From: Campylobacterales bacterium
Lineage (GTDB): Bacteria; Campylobacterota; Campylobacteria; Campylobacterales; SZUA-545
Direction of reading: 5' to 3'
DNA: 42,650 bases
Assembly: GCA_025800305.1 (NCBI GenBank)
Contig: JAOXRY010000233.1
Location: 1-42,650 of the forward strand
A program made the translations under genes and the position numbers. Position 1 is the stretch's first letter. Each line of letters starts with the position of its first letter. Positions 20,061-29,080 of this stretch are shown here, one piece after another. The notes below the pieces were generated by a model. That model was not told where the DNA came from and did no database searches. It saw only the letters and a list, made by a program, of their open reading frames with translations.

Positions 20061-21695
20061 TTATTCTTGTTCTTGAAGTTTTTTGACTGCTTTTTTATAA
20101 AGAGTAGCATCAAAGTTCATCTCTGTTAAAAACTCTGCCATATTTTCAACTGTTTCTTCATTGATTTCTGGATTGATAGTAGAGATTGTTGAGTAGACAA
20201 CAAAGTTTGCTATAGCAAGTTTTTTGATTTCATTGGAAGCATTGGTTAAATCAAAAGAGAATCTTATAGAATCTACTAACTCCTCTTCAAGACCCCAGTA
20301 GGCTAGGATATCTGCTGTTACGTCCTCTGTTGTTGTATTAAAGTATTCAGCTTCTGCTGCTTTTGGATTTGCTGTTTCTGAAATAATTGTAGAAAAATCA
20401 TTTTGTATTTCTCTTCTTATTACTTCTTTTGAAATAAGGACTTGCCCAAGATTTCCTAAAAGTGCTGATGTGTTTAAAAGAGCTAGATCTGACATAGAAA
20501 CCTTAGAAAACCAGAAGGTCATAAGATCCATTCTTCTTTTTGCAACTGTGTAAAACCTATCTTCTCCCATTAGATATGGAGAAAAATCCATTTTCCCTTC
20601 AAAGTCTTCTGCGAAGGTATTTTGTAAAATTACTGCAACAACACTGTCTTTTCCAAGCATTCCTACACCATGGGAAATAGAGTTAATCTCTTGTCTAAAT
20701 CCGTAAATTGGAGAGTTTACAGCTTTTAAAACTTGGGCTGTCATAATTGGATCTTTAGTTATAACATCAGCAAGATCTTTTGTTGTTGCTTCTCTATCCA
20801 TTCCAATTCTACGGACTTCCTTGATATTCTCATCGAGAGGTTTTAATGATTGGATATATTTATTTAGCTCTTTATCTGCAATTTTTACCCATTTTTGTTC
20901 ATAAAAAACAGTGGCTATTTGCCAAAGTTTATTAAGCAAAGATTTAGCATTAAGAGGTTTTTGAAAGAAACCGTCAACAGGGATTTTTTCTAACTCTTCT
21001 AAGACTTTAGTGTCACCTTTTTGAGAAATTAATGCTATAAAAGGAACATCTTTGTAAAAAGTTTTTGTATTTTTTATAAAATCTATTGCATTGAGAGATT
21101 CAAACTCTGTTTCTGTAATGATGATATCTGGTTTGAATTTTTCAATCTGTTTTGTAACAGAATTTGGATTTCCTGCTGAGTAGACTTTTTTTACTCTTGG
21201 TTCTAAAAATGATTTTAATTTTGTTCGTAGTGCTTCACTTGGTTCTACAATTAAGACAGTTAACCTTGATAATATATCAGATGATTTTTCAGTAGAGACA
21301 GAAGCTGTTTTTATCATACTAAGAGTATAACTGTCTAGTGGCATTAGATCTGTGATTCCATCTTTTAGATCTTTGTCCCAATCAACCATATGATCATAAA
21401 TCATTAAAAGCCAATCAATCATCTCTTGTTTTATTGGAGGTTTTCTATGTTTTAAAACTAAGACAGCTTCTTCCACAACTGTGCAGACGTCAATAATTTC
21501 TTTGAATTTCAAATACTGTCCAGTTCCTCTAAGTCCATTAAAAAGAAGATAGAGCTCACTACAAGAGTTGAAATATTTTTCATCTTCTCGTATAGCTTCT
21601 AAAAATTGATCAATTTTATAAAGAATATCTGGGAAATCCTCTTTAAAATCTTCCAATGCTTCTTGATAATCACTCTCTTCGATTGATAAACTCAT
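20061..21695 (-). CDS. Signalling protein: Hpt-like (His position = Asn) + pseudo-receiver (acceptor = Glu) + HDOD domain
   Basis: The N-terminus aligns by eye to CheA-P1/Hpt (ELYLLFNGLRGTGQYLKF), with Asn where the phospho-His belongs. The receiver-like domain has VEPSE instead of the acidic pair and PDIIITETEF (Glu at the acceptor), but keeps the FFQKP Lys. The HDOD signature is ITKDPIMTAQVLKAVNSPIYGFRQEINSISHGVGMLG. Confidence 0.7.
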   Translation of the reverse strand: MSLSIEESDYQEALEDFKEDFPDILYKIDQFLEAIREDEKYFNSCSELYLLFNGLRGTGQYLKFKEIIDVCTVVEEAVLVLKHRKPPIKQEMIDWLLMIYDHMVDWDKDLKDGITDLMPLDSYTLSMIKTASVSTEKSSDILSRLTVLIVEPSEALRTKLKSFLEPRVKKVYSAGNPNSVTKQIEKFKPDIIITETEFESLNAIDFIKNTKTFYKDVPFIALISQKGDTKVLEELEKIPVDGFFQKPLNAKSLLNKLWQIATVFYEQKWVKIADKELNKYIQSLKPLDENIKEVRRIGMDREATTKDLADVITKDPIMTAQVLKAVNSPIYGFRQEINSISHGVGMLGKDSVVAVILQNTFAEDFEGKMDFSPYLMGEDRFYTVAKRRMDLMTFWFSKVSMSDLALLNTSALLGNLGQVLISKEVIRREIQNDFSTIISETANPKAAEAEYFNTTTEDVTADILAYWGLEEELVDSIRFSFDLTNASNEIKKLAIANFVVYSTISTINPEINEETVENMAEFLTEMNFDATLYKKAVKKLQEQE

Positions 21696-21771
21696 GTGAT
21701 AATACTATAATATTTTAGCTTTTATGGGAATAGTTTAGAAAGTTGCTCTTTAACCGATTTTAGGATTTAGT

Positions 21772-23436
21772 ATGAAAATAGTTAACAAGATGAAGCCAGT
21801 AAAATTGTCAATTATAATAGCTTCTTTGGTTGCTGTTGGCTGCTCTGAAAAAAAAGAGACAGAAATTTATAGTTCAGATAAAACCTTTTCTAACTATAAC
21901 AATAGCCAATATTTTCCTCCACAAATCACAATTTCTGCATTAAGTGAAGATCCTATTGCTAAATATCAGTGGCATTTAATTAATCAAGGACAAAATTCTG
22001 GAGCCCAAAAAGCAGGAAATGTTGGAGAAGATGTAAATATCGCAGATATATGGGACAATAAAAATTATCGTGGTAAAGATATTAAAATAGCTATTATCGA
22101 TACAGGAGTTCAGTTAGAACATCCTGATTTAAAAGAGAACATTGATCAAACCCTTAGTTTTAATTATGGTAACAATACAAATGACCCAACTCCTATGGAG
22201 ATTGATGGAAAGAATAAAACCCATGGAACTGCATGTGCAGGTATAGCTGCCGCTGTTGGATATAACAAAATAGGTGTCCGTGGTGTTGCACCTAGTGCAA
22301 AAATTGTTGGTTTAGATGTATTTTCCAAAGCAACAGAAGCAAGTTTTGCAAGTGCTCTACACAGATCTGATGATATTGATATTTATTCTAATTCATGGGG
22401 AGAAAACGCCATTAGTAAAAATGGACTAAGTTCTTCAGAGATGGACGGAATAATTGGAGGTGTAACTACAGGTAGAGGTGGGTTAGGCTCTATATATCTA
22501 TTTGCTTCTGGAAATCAAAGAAAAAAAGGTCACAACGGTAACTACTATAGTGAACAAAATAATAAATATGTAATTGCCGTTTCTTCAGTTAATGCTAAAG
22601 GAGTCGTCTCTAGCTATTCAAATCCAGGATCTAATGTTTTAATAAGTGGTTTTGGAGGTGAAGATGGAAGGGTTGATCCTTCTATTGTAACTACTGATTT
22701 AGTAGGTTTTAACTACGGGTTAGATAAAGAGCATGGAGCCAATTTCGGGCAGATGGATGTTCCTGGAAATGAAAAAGGAGAGTATACCCATTTAATGAAT
22801 GGAACCAGTGCTGCTACTCCAATGGTTGCAGGGGCAGTTGCTTTGGTTTTAGAAGCTGGAAAATCAAGAAATCTAACCTATAGAGACGTTAAATATATTT
22901 TAGCAACAACTGCTAGAAAAAATGATGTTGGTAGTGGTGAGTGGACTGTTAATGGGGCAGGTCACGCCGTTCATCATGACTACGGATTTGGTGTTATAGA
23001 TATTCAAAAAGCTGCAGAGAAGGCAGAAGATTTTACCTCTTTAGGAGAAGAAAAAGGGTTAGGAACTTTTTATACTAAACAGATCTCTTCTTCTTTTCAA
23101 AGAGAGAGTTCACAAAGCATTACAGTTGTAGGATCTGATGTATCTAAAATAGAGTTTATAGATATTTGGGTTGATATTGATTATTTAATTGCAAAAGATC
23201 TTGATATAAAGCTTATCTCTCCCAATGGAACAGAGTCTATACTTTCAAAAGCTAATAGCATTCTTCCTAATAACTTTTATTTAGGAAGTAGTGTTGGATA
23301 TGGGTGGAGATTTGGTACAGTAAGGCATTTGGACGAATCACCAAATGGACAGTGGAAATTAAAAGTAGAAAATAGTATAAACCCAACATCAAATGTTACA
23401 GTTAAAAAATGGAAAATACAGTTTTATGGTCATTAA
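21772..23436 (+). CDS. Lipoprotein subtilisin/kexin-like serine protease (S8) with C-terminal P-domain, no N-terminal prodomain
   Basis: Lipobox LVAVGC. Triad contexts are IAIIDTGV, HGTACAGI and GTSAATPMVAG. The mature-domain start DPIAKYQWHL comes only ~35 aa after the lipobox Cys. The C-terminal region is P-domain-like (DLDIKLISPNGTESIL ... WKLKVEN). Confidence 0.85.
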   Translation: MKIVNKMKPVKLSIIIASLVAVGCSEKKETEIYSSDKTFSNYNNSQYFPPQITISALSEDPIAKYQWHLINQGQNSGAQKAGNVGEDVNIADIWDNKNYRGKDIKIAIIDTGVQLEHPDLKENIDQTLSFNYGNNTNDPTPMEIDGKNKTHGTACAGIAAAVGYNKIGVRGVAPSAKIVGLDVFSKATEASFASALHRSDDIDIYSNSWGENAISKNGLSSSEMDGIIGGVTTGRGGLGSIYLFASGNQRKKGHNGNYYSEQNNKYVIAVSSVNAKGVVSSYSNPGSNVLISGFGGEDGRVDPSIVTTDLVGFNYGLDKEHGANFGQMDVPGNEKGEYTHLMNGTSAATPMVAGAVALVLEAGKSRNLTYRDVKYILATTARKNDVGSGEWTVNGAGHAVHHDYGFGVIDIQKAAEKAEDFTSLGEEKGLGTFYTKQISSSFQRESSQSITVVGSDVSKIEFIDIWVDIDYLIAKDLDIKLISPNGTESILSKANSILPNNFYLGSSVGYGWRFGTVRHLDESPNGQWKLKVENSINPTSNVTVKKWKIQFYGH

Positions 23437-23833
23437 AAATTTTATAATACTTTCTCTCCTTTGCTCTTTAATGTTTAGCTTAGAATTAAATATGGGACAT
23501 GGAAAGTTTAGTACTTTTCAAAAAAGTGAAGAAAATTTAAGATCTGTAGGTGAAAGTAAGAATATCTATTACCTCAATGGGGCAGAAAATGAAGCAAATA
23601 AATATGAATCTAATGGAGAGATCATTGTTAGTTTTGAGAAAAACATTGATTTAGAAAATTTTCAAGAGAAGTTTTCATTGAAATTAAAAAGAAAAATTTC
23701 AAAACAATTTGAAACATATCTTTTTTTAAATAGTTCTTCTTTAGATGATGGAACTTTATGTGAAAAAGTAGGCAAAGAAAAAAATATAAGATTTTCATAT
23801 CCTAATTGGAAATCAAAGAAAAAACTCTATTAA
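23426..23833 (+). CDS. Small secreted protein with subtilase-prodomain (I9)-like beta-alpha-beta-beta-alpha-beta pattern
   Basis: The track ORF starts at 23393. I prefer the ATG at 23426 (MVIKNFIILSLLCSLMF..., signal-peptide-like), which overlaps the protease stop by 11 nt. The C-terminal half IIVSFEKNIDLENFQEKFSLKLKRKISKQFETYLFLNSS..CEKVGKEKNIRFSYPNW resembles subtilisin propeptides by eye. Confidence 0.5.
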   Translation: MVIKNFIILSLLCSLMFSLELNMGHGKFSTFQKSEENLRSVGESKNIYYLNGAENEANKYESNGEIIVSFEKNIDLENFQEKFSLKLKRKISKQFETYLFLNSSSLDDGTLCEKVGKEKNIRFSYPNWKSKKKLY

Positions 23834-23841
23834 GGCAACCG

Positions 23842-24492
23842 ATGACCACACTATTAAACCAAACCAAAAAAACCAAATCTCATACATTAGCAGATAAGAT
23901 TGCAGATAAAGTAAGACTTTCTCCAGCCGTTTATAAAGCTTTTTGTGATGTAGTAAGAGAAGATTTTGTACCTGCTGGTTTTGAAAGATATGCTTATGAA
24001 CTAGATGCTTTACCAATTAGTGGTAATCAGTTTATAAGTTCTCCTTTGACAGTTGCTAAAATGACTATGGCATTAGAAGCAGAAAGGGTAGATTCTGTTT
24101 TAGAGATTGGCTGTGGTAGTGGATATCAAGCTGCTATTTTAAGTAAATTATTTAGAAGAGTTTTCACTATAGAACGAATCGAAAAACTCTATGTAGAAGC
24201 TAGAAAGACTTTTAAAGATTCTACCATTCATAATGTAAGTGTTAAGTTTGATGATGGGCAAAAAGGATGGGATGTTTATGCTCCATTTGACAGAATTATC
24301 TTTTCTGCCAGTGCTAAATTTATACCTGAATCAATTTTTAAACAGTTAGAAGAAGGAGGAGTCTTAGTAGCTCCTATGGAAAAAGATGGAAAACAAGTTA
24401 TTACAAGGTTTAGAAAAAAAGGTGGACAAATTACAGAAGAAGAGATTGACCAGTGCCTTTTTGTTCCTGTTTTAGACGGTGTTCAAAAATAA
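23842..24492 (+). CDS. pcm: Protein-L-isoaspartate O-methyltransferase
   Basis: SAM-binding motif VLEIGCGSGYQAAILS plus the PIMT family layout. Start moved to ATG 23842 (MTTLLNQ..., AAGG upstream); the track start at 23806 lies inside the preceding gene. Confidence 0.85.
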   Translation: MTTLLNQTKKTKSHTLADKIADKVRLSPAVYKAFCDVVREDFVPAGFERYAYELDALPISGNQFISSPLTVAKMTMALEAERVDSVLEIGCGSGYQAAILSKLFRRVFTIERIEKLYVEARKTFKDSTIHNVSVKFDDGQKGWDVYAPFDRIIFSASAKFIPESIFKQLEEGGVLVAPMEKDGKQVITRFRKKGGQITEEEIDQCLFVPVLDGVQK

Positions 24493-26274
24493 TTATCTTG
24501 GTTGATGTGTAAATTCTGGGATAATCTCTTGTAGGACTTTTACTTCTTCTTTTGTTGTTAAAAGTCTTTCAATTTGCTCTTTTAATTGTTGAATATTATA
24601 TTCTGATTTAGGTGCTACAAAAATAGATTCATACTCAGTCTTTCTATCATTCTCATCTATTAAAAGTTCTTCGTAAAGCTTTTCTCCAGATCTAAGACCA
24701 ACAAACTCAATTCCTACCTCTGGCTTATTATAGATCTGGATCATTTTATTGGCTAAATCTACAATTTTGACAGGTTTCCCCATATCTAAAATAAAAATCT
24801 CTCCACCTTCACCAAGACTTGCTGCTTGTAAAACAAGTTGACAAGCTTCATTAACCAACATAAAAAATCTAGTGACTTCAGGATGGGTTACTGTAATTGG
24901 ACCACCTTGTTCAATTTGTTCTTTAAATCTTGGAACAACAGAACCAGAACTGCCAAGAACATTTCCAAATCTAACAGACACTATTTTTGTTTCATTAGAT
25001 TCAATATTTCCTGCGTAGAGTTCACAGACTCTTTTTGTTGCACCCATAATATTTGTAGGTCTTACCGCTTTGTCTGTAGAAATTAAAACAAATTTTTCAG
25101 CTTTATATTTTACTGCAAGATCTATAGCATTCTTAGTCCCAATTATATTATTTTCACAAGCATAAAGAGGGTTTTCTTCAACAATAGGAACATGCTTAAA
25201 AGCAGCTGCGTGAAGAACAATATCAGGTTTATGATTTTTGAAGATCTCTTCCATTGTTTTTAGATCTAAAACTGAGGCAAGTTTGATTGTAATATTGTTA
25301 TGTGTTGTGTATTGATTGGAAAGATTGTAAATACTCACTTCAGAATTATCAACAAGAATAAGAGATAAAGCCCCATGATTAATCACTTGTTTAACCAATT
25401 CCCTACCAATGCTTCCACCAGCACCAGTGATTAAAACAGTTTTATTAGAAATAAAATTATCAATAGCTTTCTTGTCAAGATCTTTAGGTTTTCTTGCCAA
25501 TAAATCTTCAATAGATAGCTCTTTTAACTTCTCTTTAGCTCCATCTTTAAAGATACTCACCATTTTAATATTTTCTATACCGGCAAGTTTTAAAATATTA
25601 AAAAGTTCATTTAGTTTTTTAGGCTCTAATTCCTTGGCAATAACAGCAGTATGGACACCATACTCACCTATTAGCTGGGCTAAGTGCTCAAATCCAAAAA
25701 CCCTTAAGTTAAAGATTGTACTTCCTATCCTGTTAGGGTCATCTTCGATAAAAGCAACAGGATAGATATCGCTGTTATGGTTAGAGAGATATCTTGCAAC
25801 AATTTCTGCGTCTCTATCTGTACCAATTATGATAGCTGTTGAACCTGTTTTGTTTCTACTTTCAAGGAAAAATCTTTTTGAAATTCTAAGAAGTCCTAAA
25901 AAGACAAGGGATAAAAAAGCATCAATAACAATGACAGATCTTGGAAATGGCTCCAGGTAGTCACCACCAATTGAAAAAACTGCTAAAAAAAGAAAGTAAG
26001 CACCAATATGGGCTTTTACTATTTTTTCCAAACTATCCAAGGAGAAGTATCTCCATGGAATTGAGTAGATATTAAAAAAGTATAATGAACCAATTTTTAA
26101 AGAGACTAAAATTATAAAAAGAGGTAGAAAAGCATCAAAAAATTCACTGGGAATTTCAAAGTTAAATCTTAAGTCATAAGATAGATAAAAAGTTATAAGA
26201 GATAGGACAACATCAGCAAGAACAAAAAATAAGAATCTTTTTACTAGAGTGGGTCTAAAAAAACTAACGCTCAA
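24493..26274 (-). CDS. pglF: Membrane-anchored UDP-GlcNAc 4,6-dehydratase (CapD/PglF family)
   Basis: Four N-terminal TM segments, then a Rossmann region SIEDLLARKPKDLD..VLITGAGGSIGRELV. Also AAAFKHVP, STDKAVRPTNIMGATKR and EKLYEELLIDEND. Very similar to C. jejuni PglF as I recall it. Confidence 0.8.
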   Translation of the reverse strand: MSVSFFRPTLVKRFLFFVLADVVLSLITFYLSYDLRFNFEIPSEFFDAFLPLFIILVSLKIGSLYFFNIYSIPWRYFSLDSLEKIVKAHIGAYFLFLAVFSIGGDYLEPFPRSVIVIDAFLSLVFLGLLRISKRFFLESRNKTGSTAIIIGTDRDAEIVARYLSNHNSDIYPVAFIEDDPNRIGSTIFNLRVFGFEHLAQLIGEYGVHTAVIAKELEPKKLNELFNILKLAGIENIKMVSIFKDGAKEKLKELSIEDLLARKPKDLDKKAIDNFISNKTVLITGAGGSIGRELVKQVINHGALSLILVDNSEVSIYNLSNQYTTHNNITIKLASVLDLKTMEEIFKNHKPDIVLHAAAFKHVPIVEENPLYACENNIIGTKNAIDLAVKYKAEKFVLISTDKAVRPTNIMGATKRVCELYAGNIESNETKIVSVRFGNVLGSSGSVVPRFKEQIEQGGPITVTHPEVTRFFMLVNEACQLVLQAASLGEGGEIFILDMGKPVKIVDLANKMIQIYNKPEVGIEFVGLRSGEKLYEELLIDENDRKTEYESIFVAPKSEYNIQQLKEQIERLLTTKEEVKVLQEIIPEFTHQPR

Positions 26275-26331
26275 ACCATATTACCTTAAAATAAATTGAT
26301 ATATTCTACTAGAATATGGCTTGAGGGGTAA

Positions 26332-27681
26332 TTAATTATTTTTTATAGAACTTGGTATGGAGCTTGAAGCGTAAGTCTTTCTATCTTGAAATTTGACAAG
26401 AACCATTCCTGCAAATTTATTCTCTTTTTCTTTATAGACTTCCACTCTATAAGTTGTGCCTTTTTTATCAACAGAAAATCTTTTTACAACATCTCTTTTT
26501 GTGACCTTAATACCACTTTCATTTTTAATATTTCTCTTGGAAAATCCGATGACATTAACTCTGTAACCTTTTTTAGGTTCAACCATAAAATTGTTATAAA
26601 CATTGACATGGCTTCCAAAATCAACAGTTTTTTTCTGACCATCTACCATAAAATCAAAACTCTTAATTGATGTATCGTAGTCAAAATATTGAGGTGCGAT
26701 GTAACTCATCCTTCTGTTTCCATAGTGGATACGATAGTTTTTTCCGTTGCTAACAACAGCAGTTAAAGGGTTTGTGCTAGAAGCTTTTACCTTGCTTCCT
26801 TTTTGAAGTGGAAGGTAGTTTATCCAGTTTCTACTTCCTACAACATCTAAAACAATCTTTTCATTCATTGCAACTTTAACATCGTTGTTAATCTCAGCTC
26901 TTACTTGTCTAGGGGTTAATTTAAAATCTCTTTCAAACTCTATGTCAAGATATTTCATAAAACCTTCAACTGCTAGTAGGTGATAAAAAGCTCTTGTATG
27001 GGTTCTAAAACTTTTACTAGCCTCATTTCCAAAAGCTGGTTTATTATTTTTTACTGCATACCAAGTAAGAGTCTTTGCCATCTCTTGGTTACCTTCACCA
27101 GTTTTTGTATTATTAACAAGATAGTTATACTCTTTGTTTATAGAGTATTTATTGACATTTTCAACAACTTTTTCAGAGATTTCTTGAAGGTTTCCAAACT
27201 TTACACCATCCATTTTCTCTTGATCTATAATCGAACACTGTCCCCACCTATTTGGGTTTTTCATTTTATTGACATATTTTTTTCTATAAAAACCACTTCC
27301 ATCATGAAGGTTTACAATAACATCAACTTCATCATTGATAATTAGTTTTTTAATTCTTTGAATTGTTTCATAATCAGGATCACTCTTTTTTAAGTTGGCA
27401 AATTTTCTATTAAGATCTCCATAGACCCCTCTGGATCTTTTTATAATACTTTCAAAGGCTAGATTAGGAACGACCCAAACATTTCCATTAGTAATTTTAT
27501 ATTTTGTAGCAATTAAAGATGCCGCAGTGAAGCCACCAGGCTCATCTCCTTGGATACCACCAATTATTAATAGGGTATTTCCTTTTCCATTTCCCAGCTT
27601 GTGAACAGAGAAATCAAGATCTAATCTTCCATAAAGAATGGTAGATGTTAGTAGAAAAAAAATCAGGATATTTTTCAACAT
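26332..27681 (-). CDS. pgp1: Csd4/Pgp1-type peptidoglycan DL-carboxypeptidase (atypical M14), cell-shape determinant
   Basis: Signal peptide, then LLIIGGIQGDEPGGF with Gln-x-x-Glu in place of the M14 His-x-x-Glu zinc motif. A later NLHDG supplies the His. Size is ~450 aa with a beta-rich C-terminal half, as in Helicobacter Csd4 / Campylobacter Pgp1. Confidence 0.65.
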   Translation of the reverse strand: MLKNILIFFLLTSTILYGRLDLDFSVHKLGNGKGNTLLIIGGIQGDEPGGFTAASLIATKYKITNGNVWVVPNLAFESIIKRSRGVYGDLNRKFANLKKSDPDYETIQRIKKLIINDEVDVIVNLHDGSGFYRKKYVNKMKNPNRWGQCSIIDQEKMDGVKFGNLQEISEKVVENVNKYSINKEYNYLVNNTKTGEGNQEMAKTLTWYAVKNNKPAFGNEASKSFRTHTRAFYHLLAVEGFMKYLDIEFERDFKLTPRQVRAEINNDVKVAMNEKIVLDVVGSRNWINYLPLQKGSKVKASSTNPLTAVVSNGKNYRIHYGNRRMSYIAPQYFDYDTSIKSFDFMVDGQKKTVDFGSHVNVYNNFMVEPKKGYRVNVIGFSKRNIKNESGIKVTKRDVVKRFSVDKKGTTYRVEVYKEKENKFAGMVLVKFQDRKTYASSSIPSSIKNN

Positions 27682-27682
27682 C

Positions 27683-28486
27683 TTAAACCTTTATATGCCA
27701 AGGTTCATATCTAACACCAAAAGGATTTTCTAAAGGGTATCTAATAGAAATATATCCTAAGTCCATCAGTTTTTTGAATTCGTCAGTCTTTGCAAAATCT
27801 TCTGTAAAGTTTCTATAGCCATATCCAACTTTTCCAATATCAAAATCACCTATTCCATGGAATGAATATCCAGGAGGTGCTAAAGATCTAGAAGCTTTAG
27901 AAATATTTCCATTGGTTCTAACAGCTTTTGCTAAAAATAGCTGAGTCTGTTTAATAATCCCTCTTACCCCAGATGTTAAAATTATTTCATTTCCAACTTC
28001 TTTTTTTATTTTTTCATATATATAAGTTGGTTTACCTTTAAAAAGATAGTGACCTGTATAAGGAATTTTAATTGTCTCTTTTTTATTTATAGTGTCTGTG
28101 ATTTTTGTAAGAACTTTTTCTCCATAAAAACCGTAGCTTGTTGCAGAGTGGTAAAAAATTTCTTCAAGTAGATCTAAATCATTTTTGGTAAATTTACCAA
28201 TTTTAGAGTATCTTCTTCCATAACTTACTATCTCATCTAATCCAACAAGATTAAAATTACCATAACCAATAACTCTTCTTACTTGGTAAAGTTTATTGGA
28301 AAGTCTTCTAAGTTTAGAAAACTCATCTCCTACCATTACAAAATCTTTATCGTCATTTCTACTTTTGATAACACTATCTTTTATGTGGCTATCATCAATT
28401 TGTAAATCTTCTGCCAATAAAGAAGAAGTAGTTCCAGTACCTGCTGCAATTATTGATGCAGTCTTAATAAATTCTCTTCTATTCAA
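27683..28486 (-). CDS. Tat-exported M15 (VanY/LAS-fold) peptidoglycan carboxypeptidase
   Basis: Twin-arginine leader MNRREFIKTASIIAAGTG. LAS metallopeptidase motifs are SFHGIGDFD and YEPWH. Its stop lies 1 nt from the csd4/pgp1 start. Confidence 0.7.
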   Translation of the reverse strand: MNRREFIKTASIIAAGTGTTSSLLAEDLQIDDSHIKDSVIKSRNDDKDFVMVGDEFSKLRRLSNKLYQVRRVIGYGNFNLVGLDEIVSYGRRYSKIGKFTKNDLDLLEEIFYHSATSYGFYGEKVLTKITDTINKKETIKIPYTGHYLFKGKPTYIYEKIKKEVGNEIILTSGVRGIIKQTQLFLAKAVRTNGNISKASRSLAPPGYSFHGIGDFDIGKVGYGYRNFTEDFAKTDEFKKLMDLGYISIRYPLENPFGVRYEPWHIKV

Positions 28487-28525
28487 TACATAAACCTAAA
28501 ATAAACATTTTGCTAAGATCTTACT

Positions 28526-29080
28526 ATGTTTTTATTTGATATCGTCTTAATTGCAGGAATTATTAGCGGGTTTTACTATGGCTATAAACATGGTATTCAC
28601 GAAAGGTTATATGAACTTTTTAGATTTTTCATGATTATCTCATTTGCAGAGATGTATAGTGTGAAATTTGGTGTTTTTTTGACAAAGTTACATATTTTGT
28701 GGGCAGATAGTTTTTCTATATTAAAACTTATTGGCTTTATTTTGTTACTTGCTGTATTTTGGTTTGTCTTTAGACTTTTTGAATATCTTTTTAAGATTGT
28801 TTTCAAGACAAGCAGACAGATAGCTTCCCAATTTGGTGGAGCAATAATTACAGCTTTTTCAACAGCAATTGTGATTACACTTTCCGCTTTTTTCTTAACT
28901 CAGGTAAAGTTTTTAAAAGAGCATTTAAAACCTGTTTTAATGGATAGCTATTCTTACGGTAAAATCAACAGATTTTATAGAAAAAGTATCGATAATAGTT
29001 TTGTAGAAAATGTGGTAAACGGAGAGATTTCAGGAAAAGATGCAAAAGAGTTGATTTTTAAAACTCTTACTGCTGAATAG
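28526..29080 (+). CDS. cvpA: CvpA-family inner-membrane protein
   Basis: 184 aa with four hydrophobic segments. The N-terminus MFLFDIVLIAGIISGFYYGYKHG is CvpA-like. Confidence 0.55.
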   Translation: MFLFDIVLIAGIISGFYYGYKHGIHERLYELFRFFMIISFAEMYSVKFGVFLTKLHILWADSFSILKLIGFILLLAVFWFVFRLFEYLFKIVFKTSRQIASQFGGAIITAFSTAIVITLSAFFLTQVKFLKEHLKPVLMDSYSYGKINRFYRKSIDNSFVENVVNGEISGKDAKELIFKTLTAE

